Shown in pieces: positions 32,986-44,336 of a DNA stretch of 64,000 nucleotides. Position numbers and translations under genes: made by a program. Where the stretch lies: NCBI GenBank assembly GCA_000002445.1, contig CM000208.1, positions 2,912,001 through 2,976,000 on the forward strand, written 5' to 3'. The stretch's first letter is position 1. The number at the start of each line of letters is the position of its first letter. Below the pieces are notes generated by a model, which was given only the letters and a program-made list of their open reading frames with translations, did no database searches and was not told where the DNA came from. This DNA comes from Trypanosoma brucei. Taxonomy: Eukaryota.

Positions 32986-33606
32986 TCAAGCGGAGAGGTA
33001 AAATACGTATACCAAAATGATCAGTATGGCAACCGCTAGAAGACACAAAGTGGCCACCCAAAAAAAATAGTTCCCATCATCTGCCGCACTCGACGGCAGC
33101 GACGACGGTGTTGGCTTGTTTTGAATCCCCGACATAATTTCCTGATAACTCCGCTTGACAGGCATCGGCCGCCCGCTACGTGCTATGTTTAGGCGCGAGG
33201 AACTAGGAGCCGTGAACACCTTCTTCGTACGTAGCAGGTAAAGATCAAATTTAATAAAGCAATAGGGTCTGGTCGCTGCCTCTACCTGCGAACCATATTG
33301 TAGAAGAAACTCTCGTGCCACATCTTCCAAATACGCCTGCGGTATACTTGCCGGTGTAGCCACATCACACATGGTAAGAAACAGCACACCAGACTCGGCA
33401 AGGATGTAGAATAGATAATTTTTCCATGAAACAGTGAGTAATGGTGGCATATCTACAGAGAGTTTTTTACCATCCAGCGTCAACTTACGAAGCAGTCCCT
33501 TAGCCGTAGCTTTACACTGCTCAATTTCCTCACTGCATGTATCAGTGTCAGCTGCTAAAACAAGTGCATTTTGTTGTCGGACAATCAAGGTAAAATACAG
33601 CATCAA
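32986..33606 (-). CDS. Longin-domain, tail-anchored protein (SEC22/VAMP7-like N-terminus) without a recognisable SNARE heptad region
   Basis: The N-terminus MMLYFTLIVRQQNALVLAADTD fits the longin fold start. A single C-terminal TM (FFWVATLCLLAVAILIILVYVFYL) is present. The linker is Ser/Pro-rich rather than coiled-coil. Confidence 0.55.
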   Translation of the reverse strand: MMLYFTLIVRQQNALVLAADTDTCSEEIEQCKATAKGLLRKLTLDGKKLSVDMPPLLTVSWKNYLFYILAESGVLFLTMCDVATPASIPQAYLEDVAREFLLQYGSQVEAATRPYCFIKFDLYLLRTKKVFTAPSSSRLNIARSGRPMPVKRSYQEIMSGIQNKPTPSSLPSSAADDGNYFFWVATLCLLAVAILIILVYVFYLSA

Positions 33607-34070
33607 AGTGCTGCGACTGAATTCCCGCCTACACCAACGATGTACTGAAAACTGTGTGGAATTTTTGGTGGTGTACCATGTACCAAAAAAAAAAAAAGAG
33701 AGGGGGCCGAAAAGGAAGAAGAAGAGATGGTGCTATCAAAGATCAATCAGTCAAGAGCATGACAGGCAGAGCAACCTGAAGAGAAAGAAAAAAAAGAGGA
33801 CAAGGGAATAAATTACAAGAAAAAACAACAAGAAGAGAACATGGGAGAACGTGTTGAAGAGGCAGCAGAGAATGCGTGCACTTATAAGCGTGCACATTTT
33901 TTCACTCCTTGCAGCTTAAGAAACAAACAAAGAAAAGAAGAACTTGTTTTAGAGACAATAAAAGGCAAAATGGGGGTGGAAATATAGAAAATTTTTTCTT
34001 TGAGCTCGACAACCCTGCTATATTCGTCAACATGCACACGCAAGATGTGTGGGGGAGGAGGGGGGACTTT

Positions 34071-34517
34071 TCACGAATTGAATGTATGTATCCGCGTGGT
34101 GATGTGGCTTCTACACGTTGGACAACTATTAAGACCGGTGGAGCATGCCCAGCAAACCTGCAGGTGGCGGCACGGTTGCAGTAGTGTATCCCGTCGATTT
34201 TGCAAGCACACAACACACTCTTCCTTTTCGTTTCGCGCTGGCGAAGGTTCGTATGAAGTTGGGGGTGCCGTCCAGTCAGAACCCGTGGGTTCCTCTCTGA
34301 AAGTTCTCAACTTCGTGTATAGAAAGTACAACCCCGCTCCCACAGCAGCTGATGTTCCTAAGATTGCACACAGGTGTGAGAAACGCGAAAGTCGATACAA
34401 CTCGACCTCCTGACGCACAATAGTCTCTTGGAGTATGTTTATCCTTTTTCGCTGCATTAAGTCCATACCTAACCAGCCTCCCGCAATAGCCCCAATCATC
34501 AATAATGTGTCCATCAC
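34071..34517 (-). CDS. Small membrane-anchored C3HC4 RING-finger protein (putative E3 ubiquitin ligase)
   Basis: The C-terminus has CVVCLQNRRDTLLQPCRHLQVCWACSTGLNSCPTCR. There are two N-terminal hydrophobic segments. 148 aa. Confidence 0.7.
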   Translation of the reverse strand: MMDTLLMIGAIAGGWLGMDLMQRKRINILQETIVRQEVELYRLSRFSHLCAILGTSAAVGAGLYFLYTKLRTFREEPTGSDWTAPPTSYEPSPARNEKEECVVCLQNRRDTLLQPCRHLQVCWACSTGLNSCPTCRSHITTRIHTFNS

Positions 34518-35500
34518 CGCTGCCTAATCAAAGTGGTCGACAGTATCGTCACACTAACAAGCAAAGCAGGTGAAAAAAGAAAAGAAAAAGGGGGCATTGT
34601 TTGGCCCTACAAGGAAGAATGTGCGGTCTCCACGTTCGAATGGGGGAATCAACTTCACATATCCACGCTGCTGCGATCTACACCTTCCTCAAATTTCATC
34701 GAAAACTTCACAAAACCAGCCGCAAGCTAAAAAAGCGGTTGCAACACACACACAAAAAAAAACACGTGTACATAAACATATATAAAGGAAGAACACACAT
34801 AACATGGCAGACCTTTGAGGGTCTGTGTTGGTCTCCTAACGAGTGGAGAGCGCGTCAACCACACGGAAGCCATGATTTTGCCTTTTGTGGGTTTTCCCCC
34901 AGTAAATCAAGGAAATCATCGTTGCGAGCGTTGCAACAATAAATGCACTCGCGCCGGTCTACATGCCCCGGAAAACTCCTTTTTTGATATTTCCGACAAT
35001 TTACAATATGCTGGAGATATTTCCTTTTCGGTGTCCGCTACCGCCGCTGCCACCGTTCAGCATCCCCAACTTTGTCTGCTGCTTGGTGAAAACCGGATCT
35101 AACTCTCTTTAAAATCCTTTGTTCCCTCCGTAGAGTCTCTTGACGTTTCCTATAATTCCCTCCAAGGTGGAATAAAGGGAGTCGCAACTGCACTCGGTGC
35201 GTCGCGCACTTAGATGCTCAGGTCGGAGCACATCACCTTCAAGTGTGTGTGGACAATATACAAGCAAACCCCCCTCTCGGATACGGTAAAAGGTACCAGT
35301 AAGCGAATGGTGCAAATACACGGTATCTCACACGTATGCATGCGTGTTCCTGGTGGTCACACACGTGCCTCGCCGTCCCCGGTTCAAGCGGTTGTAGCCA
35401 ATGTCATAAAACAAAATCAGACACAGTTTATTTTTTTAAAAGTTTTACACCGGGAGGAGCACGGTCAGACGCGGTGTGGTCGATAGTAGAGTTACAACTA

Positions 35501-37084
35501 TTACGGTTTCGTGTGCATGTTGAAGCAGCGCCAGAGTATCATCGTGAAAACGGAGTCGTCACTACAAGCAGCGGAAATAGAGTTCCAGAAATAAAAAAAA
35601 CGATCATACGCGAATTTTTCTCCGAGGCACGATGACATAACATGGCGCCATTCCTCACCGCTCACAAGTCCCCCCTCGGCATTTCCAGGGTGGAAAGAGG
35701 CCAGCAGATGTTCAGTTGTAACGTTCACAACTCCTCCTGAAGCGTCGCAACCACCTGCCATCCTCCCGAACAGCTGTTTGATCAGTGCTTCTCGCTTTGC
35801 AGAGCACTTGCCGCCCAGCAGCGCTATTAGTTGAGTTTTGTTTCTAGCCTTGAACCGTAACCACTCGACCTCTACATCACTAACAGTATCTGGTACCCCG
35901 GCCTTGCGAAAAGAGGCCACAAATGTTTCAATTGGGAGCTCACCATCGGGGAGGTTGAGATAAAGACGCGGTAGAGCCAGCATACCTCCTTCTTTGACCA
36001 CGTAGCGCCTCACAGCTTCTACGACAATGGCAAAAAGCGACTCACCAACGGGGGCGAAGTGGCACACAAACTCTTGCATGAGGGTTTTTACCGATAATAC
36101 CTCGTGGAAGCCACCCTCTCTACCCCGGAGGTAGCTAAAAAGTTCACGTATATCATCCTTCGTCAGCCCGACACGAATGCCGCTGCATAGCTTTTCAAAA
36201 GAAGAAGCACTCAGGCCACATCTCACCAAATCCTGATCTATGTCAGCGCAGGCTCTCGATAATTCTGTTCCACCCGATGTGTCAAGGGGCTCTAGCGGCA
36301 CCTGCCGCAACTCTGTGATGAGGGCCAGGGTACCAGAGTGGCCTTCCCTGTTTGGGTCACCGACCGCCTCCGCGAAGACAGATAAAATCAACTGATAATG
36401 AAGCTCAGCAGGAAGCGGTCGAAGATATAGCAGCGCATAGAGGTAAGGTGCCTCAATTGCGACCTTCGTCGCCGACGGCGCTGTGTTTGTGGAGCAGTAG
36501 TCAATCAAGAAAAATGCTTCCGAAAGGGTAAGACCATGTGTCTGCGTTAAATGATCTACGAGCATAGCGGAGTCAAGGACGCACATGTCCTCTTTCCCCA
36601 CTTGAGTGTGTGCTGCAAGTTCCCTGCCACAAGGGAACTCCGAAGCATGAGGCCTAGGTGATTTTGCGTCCATCCCACGGAGCGTCTCGTACAACATAGA
36701 AGAACGCATAGGACACATCTGCCGTAAGCACCGAAGTAGTGTCACAGGGCTAACACGAATACATCCCTCCTCCGACGCTGCAGCGCCACTGTACTCGCTT
36801 AGTGGAAGAGCCGCTAGAAGTATAGCCAACTCTCTATCACTGAAAGATTTGACGGGGAATATTTGGCGTAGAATTCCTTTCAGAAGCCAAAGCTCTGTGC
36901 TTTGCTCGCGATCCCGTGCGCGGTATTTCGAGTCGATAGCCGTGAATGCTGTTGACATGGACCTCACGAAAGTTGAGGGGTTACAGTTCCTAAGACACTG
37001 TGCCACACGGTGGTGGAGCTTCAGGAGGTACTGGGGGTCACGAAGCAGGGACTCCGCTGCCGAATCAAGCTCCGGTAAACTCAT
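35501..37084 (-). CDS. Hypothetical protein (527 aa)
   Basis: Long clean minus-strand ORF. No motif recognised. Confidence 0.55.
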   Translation of the reverse strand: MSLPELDSAAESLLRDPQYLLKLHHRVAQCLRNCNPSTFVRSMSTAFTAIDSKYRARDREQSTELWLLKGILRQIFPVKSFSDRELAILLAALPLSEYSGAAASEEGCIRVSPVTLLRCLRQMCPMRSSMLYETLRGMDAKSPRPHASEFPCGRELAAHTQVGKEDMCVLDSAMLVDHLTQTHGLTLSEAFFLIDYCSTNTAPSATKVAIEAPYLYALLYLRPLPAELHYQLILSVFAEAVGDPNREGHSGTLALITELRQVPLEPLDTSGGTELSRACADIDQDLVRCGLSASSFEKLCSGIRVGLTKDDIRELFSYLRGREGGFHEVLSVKTLMQEFVCHFAPVGESLFAIVVEAVRRYVVKEGGMLALPRLYLNLPDGELPIETFVASFRKAGVPDTVSDVEVEWLRFKARNKTQLIALLGGKCSAKREALIKQLFGRMAGGCDASGGVVNVTTEHLLASFHPGNAEGGLVSGEEWRHVMSSCLGEKFAYDRFFYFWNSISAACSDDSVFTMILWRCFNMHTKP

Positions 37085-37398
37085 CTCCGCTTTTTGGAGT
37101 TTCCTCTTTTGTTTGTTTGCTTGTCCCCCCTTCTGGTGTCCCTGCGCGCCTTCGCGTTGCCCTCAACAACCTCTACACCACAAGCGAAAGTTACTGGTTA
37201 GGGAACGAGGGAGGAAGAAAAAAAAAATGAACAAGGATTAGGACGAGCTAGCAGCCATTTAGTCTCAAAAATGTCCCCATTCCCCTCCGGCATCCTTAGC
37301 TTTCTCATTTCTTCATCGATCAGATGAAACCCCGTGCTAAACCCTCATCTGGGCTCGAGTAACTGGTAAACCATTGACTATAGTTTGGTAAGATAACA

Positions 37399-37416
37399 AA
37401 TAATAATAATAATAAT
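37399..37416. repeat. (TAA)6 microsatellite
   Basis: Read directly. Confidence 0.85.
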
Positions 37417-38700
37417 GTTAGTTTTCAGCGTGTGGCACACGTGACGGCACATCATGCGGTAATGAAGGCCCAAAGAGGAGTATTACTCACGCAGCATAAC
37501 ACCACATTTTAGTTTGCCATTGGTCCCCCATGGAAGTCCCGCAACAAATGATGAGAACAGAACCCCTTTGATGGGTGGCTACGCGGTACACACACGCACA
37601 CACACCCTCCGGGCAAGCCATCAAGTTAAAAAAAAAAAGTAACAGAACTTTCCATCGAGCAAGGTAATCGATCACTGCCTTTTCATGTGCCTGTCATCTT
37701 TCTTGGAAGGAGTTTCCGTCCATGTATCCCAAATACACTAACTTTGAGGTGCACGTATTTTGTAATGGAGAACAAAGACACCCACTTACAGCCACCTCCA
37801 CAATTCAGTTAACAACAAACGAGTTGAACCCCCCCCCTCCCCGAATCTTACAGAACTATCCGCTCTTCCTTGCTTCTTCCACGGGAAATGTTGTGCAGCT
37901 GAACCTCGTCATTGTGGATCGACTCTAGAGCGTCGTGTACGGCCCCAAGTCCATATAAGACAAGGGAAAGATCTCGCCTTCACCAGGAAAGCAGCCCACA
38001 GCTTGACGTAAACACACCCGACCGATGCCGCTTGCCGTTACCAAACTGCTTTCACCCTTGTCCTCATTAAAAAACAAAAACGGTGGCACCTGGTAGTCCT
38101 TTCCCTCCGTCCCCCCCCACACAGATAGCAGATGTGATCCCCTGGAGTTTAGACAGCGTTAATTATCGACATCGGCGGAAGCTATCTTCGGGAAGTTATT
38201 TCTACTCAAGCAAAACAATTTTGATGTTCGCCACCCAGCCTCACTGGGGCCCAAGAGCTAACGACGGTAGCGGCTTAATCCGTCCATCATTTAACCGACC
38301 AAGCCAACATCAACTCAGGTGAACACTGGAACCCTTAGGCAGTTTGATGAGATGTATTTGTCATACGTGGTCTCTCATACCCGTTGTTAGAGTCAGATTT
38401 TCGTTTCCACATACATAAAGACGCAGTTAGTCGAGGAAAGCGGGAGCAATGATGGCCGTTCACACACTCCAAAATGTCAAGCCGGCATCACTCGAAACAG
38501 GACGTTGCAATACGGAAGCGAGGGCAAATAGTGCGGTTCACAACAGTGCCTACGATGCCTCATCCAGGTCGGCAAACAGGCGAAATAACAACAACAAGGT
38601 GGTTAGTGTTAAAGGAAAAAGAGTAAGGAATGCAAAAATATATTTATTAGTATAAATCTGGACCTACTCCCAAACCCTCAGCCACATTTTTGCCACATTC

Positions 38701-39753
38701 CTAAGCCTTTGGTAGAAGAGGGTACAATACGCTTGCTCCTAGCGCTCCAAACATCGCTATCCACTCCGTGGTGTTGAAGTGTCGGTAATGTCCAAAGTAA
38801 ATAACTGAGAGGGTAAATGTGCCCAACTTGCGTAGCGTCAGTATCAGCACTAATGTGAACGCCGATGTTTTGTTGTTCAACACATACACACCCATCACAC
38901 ACATATATTGTGTAACAGCATTCAAAAGAAAGTATACGTAATTTTCCGATGAGACGGAAGCAAACTCAGTAAAAAGTCGACTAGGCTGCGACAAAAAAAG
39001 TGGAATGCCAACGGCATGGGAGAAAAACAGCGCCTCCGCCCACATCGGAGCCGGGGACGTTTCCGTTGCCTCTTCCACGGAACGTGGCATTTTCGGGTTG
39101 TCCGTCTTCTTCGACTCAGTCTCCAGCGCCTTTTCGCGACGCTCAGCTGTCTTGTACATGTGCTCCTGCATGAGGCTAAGAGCAGTTGACAGAACCGTTG
39201 TGAACAAAAGGATCAACATTCCACACAAACACCAGAAGTACTCACTCGTGTCCTGAGTTCCACTACTACCGTCTGTGGTCGACCGCGAAGACCGGCGGGA
39301 CTTCTCCACCGTCAACAGTACAAGTCCTACCGTTATCATGGAAACACATGCCACCTGCAGAAATGTGTACCGTTTATTTAAAAAGAAGAACCCAACCAAC
39401 ATATTCAGAAGAAGGGGCAGTGATCGGAATGTCGAGTGGACGGGGACGGAGACATGCATATTGAAGGCAAGATTGGTGGCTACGCCCATAACCCACGCGG
39501 TCACACCGACTGCCAGCTTGTGTAACGTGGAAAGCCTCCCAGGTCGCATCTGCAACGGAAGCAAGTGCGCTTTCCCAGGCACCTTTCTAAACGTACACAC
39601 GTAAGGAAGTGAAAGTAAGGCAACGGCCACATATTGAGCAAACGTCATGGCATACATAGTATCTCGGTTCTTCGCCACAATAAGTTCTAGCAAAAACATA
39701 TTTGCCTGGCAACCACCAAGTACGAGACACACTGCGGGGGCCGCATCGAGCAT
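38701..39753 (-). CDS. Multi-pass membrane protein, possibly a UAA/SLC35-type nucleotide-sugar transporter
   Basis: About 8-10 hydrophobic segments. LSLMQEHMYK and C-terminal LTLRKLGTFTLSVIYFGH resemble SLC35B/UAA-family conserved blocks. A charged cytosolic loop interrupts the helices. Confidence 0.5.
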   Translation of the reverse strand: MLDAAPAVCLVLGGCQANMFLLELIVAKNRDTMYAMTFAQYVAVALLSLPYVCTFRKVPGKAHLLPLQMRPGRLSTLHKLAVGVTAWVMGVATNLAFNMHVSVPVHSTFRSLPLLLNMLVGFFFLNKRYTFLQVACVSMITVGLVLLTVEKSRRSSRSTTDGSSGTQDTSEYFWCLCGMLILLFTTVLSTALSLMQEHMYKTAERREKALETESKKTDNPKMPRSVEEATETSPAPMWAEALFFSHAVGIPLFLSQPSRLFTEFASVSSENYVYFLLNAVTQYMCVMGVYVLNNKTSAFTLVLILTLRKLGTFTLSVIYFGHYRHFNTTEWIAMFGALGASVLYPLLPKA

Positions 39754-40357
39754 CTTTCCTACTGATCAACTACTTGTTTACTACCCTCAAACAACAACAC
39801 ACGATTTTCTCAGAGTCCCTCAAAGAAAGCAAAGGAAATGAGTACAGCGGTAAAAAACAAAAAAAGAAAAGAGTAACACTTGCTGTCTAACACACAAAAC
39901 GCAACACTTCAACAGTTTACCTGCTAGATCCCCCACAAGAGGGGGGAAAGTGATCGCCGCCAGAAACTGCCGTATGTCCCCGCCTTCGGAATTAAGGACG
40001 CAAGGGGAAAAAGTGCTCAGTACAGACAAAGCCGCATCAAAACCCCGGACCGGCTAATGTGTTGAGTTTCAAATGAATTGTTTTCCCAATGCTTTTTCGT
40101 TCATCTCAGAAAACAGAGGGACGGACAAGGCGAATCGCAAAACAAAGCGGAGGAGTAACCTTAGCAATAGACGAAACATTTGGAGGGGAGAAGGTTGTGA
40201 CGCCCCCGGGAGCGGCGCTGCCACAGGGGTTCTTACATGGTCGTACGCATGCGTCTCCTAAACGGTCCAGTGGGCAGCTCAGTGCCTTCGCTTTGTCGTC
40301 ACCGGCAACATAAGCAAAGGGTGCGAGAAGGTAAAGAAAAGAGGAATACGGGTTGCA

Positions 40358-40380
40358 CCCCCCCCCCCCCACACACACAC
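40358..40380. repeat. C13 homopolymer followed by (AC)5. This is G13(GT)5 on the transcribed strand, within the 3' flank of the 1135-aa kinesin.
   Basis: Read directly. Confidence 0.9.
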
Positions 40381-40479
40381 ATATTAAATGTCCTTGAGCA
40401 AACCTAAAGGCAAAAGGAGGTAAACGATGTTCCCTGGTCTTTTTTGTAGATCCGCCAGGTGCGTGCAGCCCTTGACTGC

Positions 40480-43400
40480 TCAGAAGAAAAGAGCGGGCCT
40501 CTCCACCAAGGTCGAGTTTGTGCGTGCAAATTTGCTACGTGCCGGTGCATCACGCTGCTTATTCAGTGAAAAGGTCCGTCGCCGCACATAACCATTCTGG
40601 TTGTTGCTACTGCTTCGGGAATCCCAACGCATCCCTGCAGCAGCATCAACCGACACTGAAGACCTCGACCGCAACAATCCTTTGGGTGCGTCACGCTGCG
40701 GGCGCTGGGAATGTCCTCTCTTTAACGAAGTTTGAAGGGATGTAGCGCGTATCAATTGGGAAGTGGTGATGGGCTGTCCAACCTGACACCGCAGCAACTC
40801 AGGATTCCGTTTCATTGCCTTCCGCCTGACAAGGTCGCTATGGTGCTTGTGGGCTGTTACGGTTGCCGTTACGTGCTGTCGCCGCCGTTCCGCGAGTCCG
40901 AGTCGGCGTGACACCTCATCGGTCGTACGCTGCTTCACCGCCAGTTGGTGCTGAAGCACAGCTAATTTCATGTCCCGTTCCCGAGACTCGTGCTGGTGGC
41001 GGTTTTTCAGTACGTGTTTATTAGCCTCCTGAATGCGTATTTCCTCTTTTGCCTTATTCAGTTTAGCAGTCAGCTCCGCCACTTCACGCTGAGAATTGCA
41101 ATATTCTTCGTTCAACTTTTCCCACTCAATCTGCACTTCACGCAGTTGCCTCTCAGATGTGCGTTGCTTCATATTGTGCTCCTCAATGTATGTGTAGAGG
41201 TGAGCAATTTGTCCTTCCATCTGTTCCCGTTCATCCATATAATCCTGGTCAAGTGCAACGAGGCTCTTGTATTCGTTCTCTCGGTGTAGCAATCGCTCTT
41301 GCAAGAGCCGGTTCTCACACTCCAAGTCCTCAATCCGATAGTCGCGCTCTCTACTGCAAAGGATTTCATCTTCTAGTTGCTTCTTCAGGGTTCGCACCTG
41401 GCTGCGCAACTGCACATTCTCGTGGCCCTGGTGTAGCGATGCGGATCCAGAGTTTTCCACTACGTCACCACCATACCCCACTGACATGAAGCGTGCCTTC
41501 TGTTGTGGAGTTAGCAGAATCCATATACTACGAAATGCCTCGTCTTTTTTCTGCATCTCCTGAAGTAAGGCGCAGTGCTCCTTGTTGCCTCGTTCAAGTT
41601 CCTCCTCTGTACTCGTCAAACGACTTTGCAGTACATCACAGAGATTTCTCTGATCCTCAAAGGCAGTTGTCAATCGTTCACATTCTTCAGCGCGCTCACC
41701 AGACGCCTTGAACCACGCAACTGTCTCTTCACGAATAACACGTTCAGTATATTCATGAAGAAGTTTAAGGTTGAGCTCTTCCAATTGGTCCGTTAATCCC
41801 GTGTTTTCGTTCGTCACCCTCTCTAACCGTTGCCGAAGTTCCTCGCAGCTTTTTTCCGTCTGCACAATATGTTTTCTTGCCTCCAGGAGCTCTGCCATAG
41901 TACGCTTCTGCTCACTGCGCATCGCTTCCACGGTCTTCGCCATTACCTGCTTTTGCTCGCTCATGCTATCAAACTGTTCTTGCATCCACCGAAAAGTGTC
42001 CGTTACCTTATGAAGCAACTCACTAGTTCCTACCTCCAATACGGCCTCTTCAAGAGTTTGTTGCGCTTCATCGCACTGCCGTACTCGTTGCTCCAGTTCC
42101 TGCCGAAGCTCCTCGGCTACGTCCCCACGCGACTCCAGTGAACAGAGATCCCGTTCGCGTTCACGCAAGACACTCTGGAAAATAGCACACTGGCGCTCTA
42201 GAGCCACCACATGGTCCCGAATCACTGGATCTTCGGCGCTGTTGGCGCCAGATGCATTGGCTAGTGAGTTTTCCGTGTTCGTTGCCGCATCACCATTTAC
42301 CTTCTGGGGTTGTTCAGGTTCCTTTCCTTCATGATCCATACCATCGTTTGAATTGGGAGCATGCTTCTCCCTTCGTGTTAGGGATGAAAGTTGCTTTTCA
42401 ATGTTCACCTCTTCTTGAAGTGTGGCGACACGGTGGCGCAAAGTTTCAATTTCCCGCGTAAGATTTCCATAAGCTTCCTCAAAACTACACCCATTCCTCA
42501 TAAGCAAATCTCTTACTCTTTCTTTTGTCTTTGTTAGAACGCACCGTTTTGCCGTTGTAGCAAAGTCAAGCGAACTCTTTGTTTCCGCAGCACTGCGTTT
42601 GTCGAGTGACACAGTCGCGATAAGAAGAAGATAACAGTCAGCGAGAGTCGATGCAAGGTAAAGCGTGAGCATCGACTCTCGGACTGGAAGTACATCCGCC
42701 TCCTCGGCCGTAGCCCTAATTACGGAGTGCAGAACTGAAAGTGACTTGTTTATGGCAATAGCTTCCCCTAGTTCGTCACCCACCACTCCTGTTCGCTTTA
42801 CACGCTCCGACCCTGCCAAATCACCCAAAGTTAAGCGACTCGTAAACACTGGAATACCGCCAACACACTTTGTTACATGTAGGGAAAGCAGTACATGCGA
42901 CCGGGAACTGCGTGCGTTTAACGCGTGGTGACTGACAAAACGCTTTCTCTGCGCTTCAGCGATGCGTGCAATTGCAAGAGTTGCATTCTGCACGAGGTAA
43001 CGGGGCTCGGGAACCGCGGTGCCCAAAGGTTTTTGGAGCAGCATACCGTGTTCTGATTTCCCTCTCCCCAGCAAGTTGTAGGCATTGTTGGTGTATATTT
43101 GTATATACCACAATTCTATAATGTCGTTCTCAGCGTCAAGGTTGTCAAACAAAGCATTGATAAAGGCGGGTGCCAAAACGTTAATTGTGTGCGTCTTCCC
43201 GCTCCCCGTTTGCCCGTAGCAGAGGACACAAGCATTGAAGCCAGCCCTCAGCTGCTCAACTATACCCGGAACTATCGACTCACATATTTCGCTATCACTC
43301 ACTGACGGGCCAAAGACACGACCAAACTCATACGTACGTTGCACCTCTTTTGCCCCATCGGCAGTTGGTGTTATGACTGTAAGCATGTTCCCCTCTTCGG

Positions 43401-43887
43401 TTCCGGCGATGGGTGCGAAACAGGGTACCGGCCGAGTTGCGCCCCTTCCGGTCACCACAGGCCCGCCGTTAATATTGGAACTACTAGAAAGGCTCATGTT
43501 TGAGAGACTACCCCTCTCATCGCCCTGTCCGCCACCACCAATATTTGCTGCCTCTTCGGCACTTTTGGCACATTGGTTGGCACTGCCGAGACGGGCACTT
43601 TCTCGCCGACAACCTGTCCGTGGTGTTGTTGCTAACGTTCCAGTTTCAATAACGTACCTCAGGAGATTGCTATTGTCACTAGAAGGTTTTACACGGACTG
43701 CAACCCTCACAGCATCCTGGCTACTCTGCGACCCCCGCGGTGTCCGCTCAACCTTTCCACGGCAGCGGACAGGCGTACTCCCCTCCCGTTTCACTGTTGA
43801 CTGAGTTGTCACCGGTGTCGTCGCACCGATTTGAGGTATACCCGCCAGTACCTGAGCTGAGGATGAAGAAGACATCATCTGCCTCAC
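40480..43887 (-). CDS. Kinesin with a motor domain in the N-terminal third (after an extension of about 50 aa) and a long coiled-coil stalk
   Basis: GQTGSGKTHTI, SSRSHVLLSL, LGDLAGSERV. The C-terminal half is heptad-rich (EEL/QQL repeats). 1135 aa. Confidence 0.9.
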   Translation of the reverse strand: MRQMMSSSSSAQVLAGIPQIGATTPVTTQSTVKREGSTPVRCRGKVERTPRGSQSSQDAVRVAVRVKPSSDNSNLLRYVIETGTLATTPRTGCRRESARLGSANQCAKSAEEAANIGGGGQGDERGSLSNMSLSSSSNINGGPVVTGRGATRPVPCFAPIAGTEEGNMLTVITPTADGAKEVQRTYEFGRVFGPSVSDSEICESIVPGIVEQLRAGFNACVLCYGQTGSGKTHTINVLAPAFINALFDNLDAENDIIELWYIQIYTNNAYNLLGRGKSEHGMLLQKPLGTAVPEPRYLVQNATLAIARIAEAQRKRFVSHHALNARSSRSHVLLSLHVTKCVGGIPVFTSRLTLGDLAGSERVKRTGVVGDELGEAIAINKSLSVLHSVIRATAEEADVLPVRESMLTLYLASTLADCYLLLIATVSLDKRSAAETKSSLDFATTAKRCVLTKTKERVRDLLMRNGCSFEEAYGNLTREIETLRHRVATLQEEVNIEKQLSSLTRREKHAPNSNDGMDHEGKEPEQPQKVNGDAATNTENSLANASGANSAEDPVIRDHVVALERQCAIFQSVLRERERDLCSLESRGDVAEELRQELEQRVRQCDEAQQTLEEAVLEVGTSELLHKVTDTFRWMQEQFDSMSEQKQVMAKTVEAMRSEQKRTMAELLEARKHIVQTEKSCEELRQRLERVTNENTGLTDQLEELNLKLLHEYTERVIREETVAWFKASGERAEECERLTTAFEDQRNLCDVLQSRLTSTEEELERGNKEHCALLQEMQKKDEAFRSIWILLTPQQKARFMSVGYGGDVVENSGSASLHQGHENVQLRSQVRTLKKQLEDEILCSRERDYRIEDLECENRLLQERLLHRENEYKSLVALDQDYMDEREQMEGQIAHLYTYIEEHNMKQRTSERQLREVQIEWEKLNEEYCNSQREVAELTAKLNKAKEEIRIQEANKHVLKNRHQHESRERDMKLAVLQHQLAVKQRTTDEVSRRLGLAERRRQHVTATVTAHKHHSDLVRRKAMKRNPELLRCQVGQPITTSQLIRATSLQTSLKRGHSQRPQRDAPKGLLRSRSSVSVDAAAGMRWDSRSSSNNQNGYVRRRTFSLNKQRDAPARSKFARTNSTLVERPALFF

Positions 43888-44336
43888 CTAGCAGGCAGGT
43901 GTACACTATTGTCACACTTCTTCCGTCTGATTCCCTCACCCCTTACGGTTCCAAGTAATGTCACGGGATTCCAAACCCTTATTTACTAAAAACAGGGTCA
44001 GATCTGTTGAGCGGTTCACCAAGTAGGTCCCAACCGCCTTTCGGAGCCCAGTGCGTCTTACCTACTTTATCCCTTGGGCGTTAAACCAATATAATTGACG
44101 TAGATCTTTGCCTGAAGCTAACTCTACAGAGTAATACAGCTCTCCAGCTACACCTAAAAAGAAGTGAGTTGCCCAACCAATTTAACTCTCTTCGTTTCTT
44201 CCATTTAATAAAGCAGAAATACATGTGAAAACAACATTTGGAAAGAGAGTTGCACAACCAAGTACATAAGCAGTCTCCACAGTAAAGCAAAATTAAAAGC
44301 GCATGCCCGTGAGCTTAGAGCATAGGAGGGCAATGG

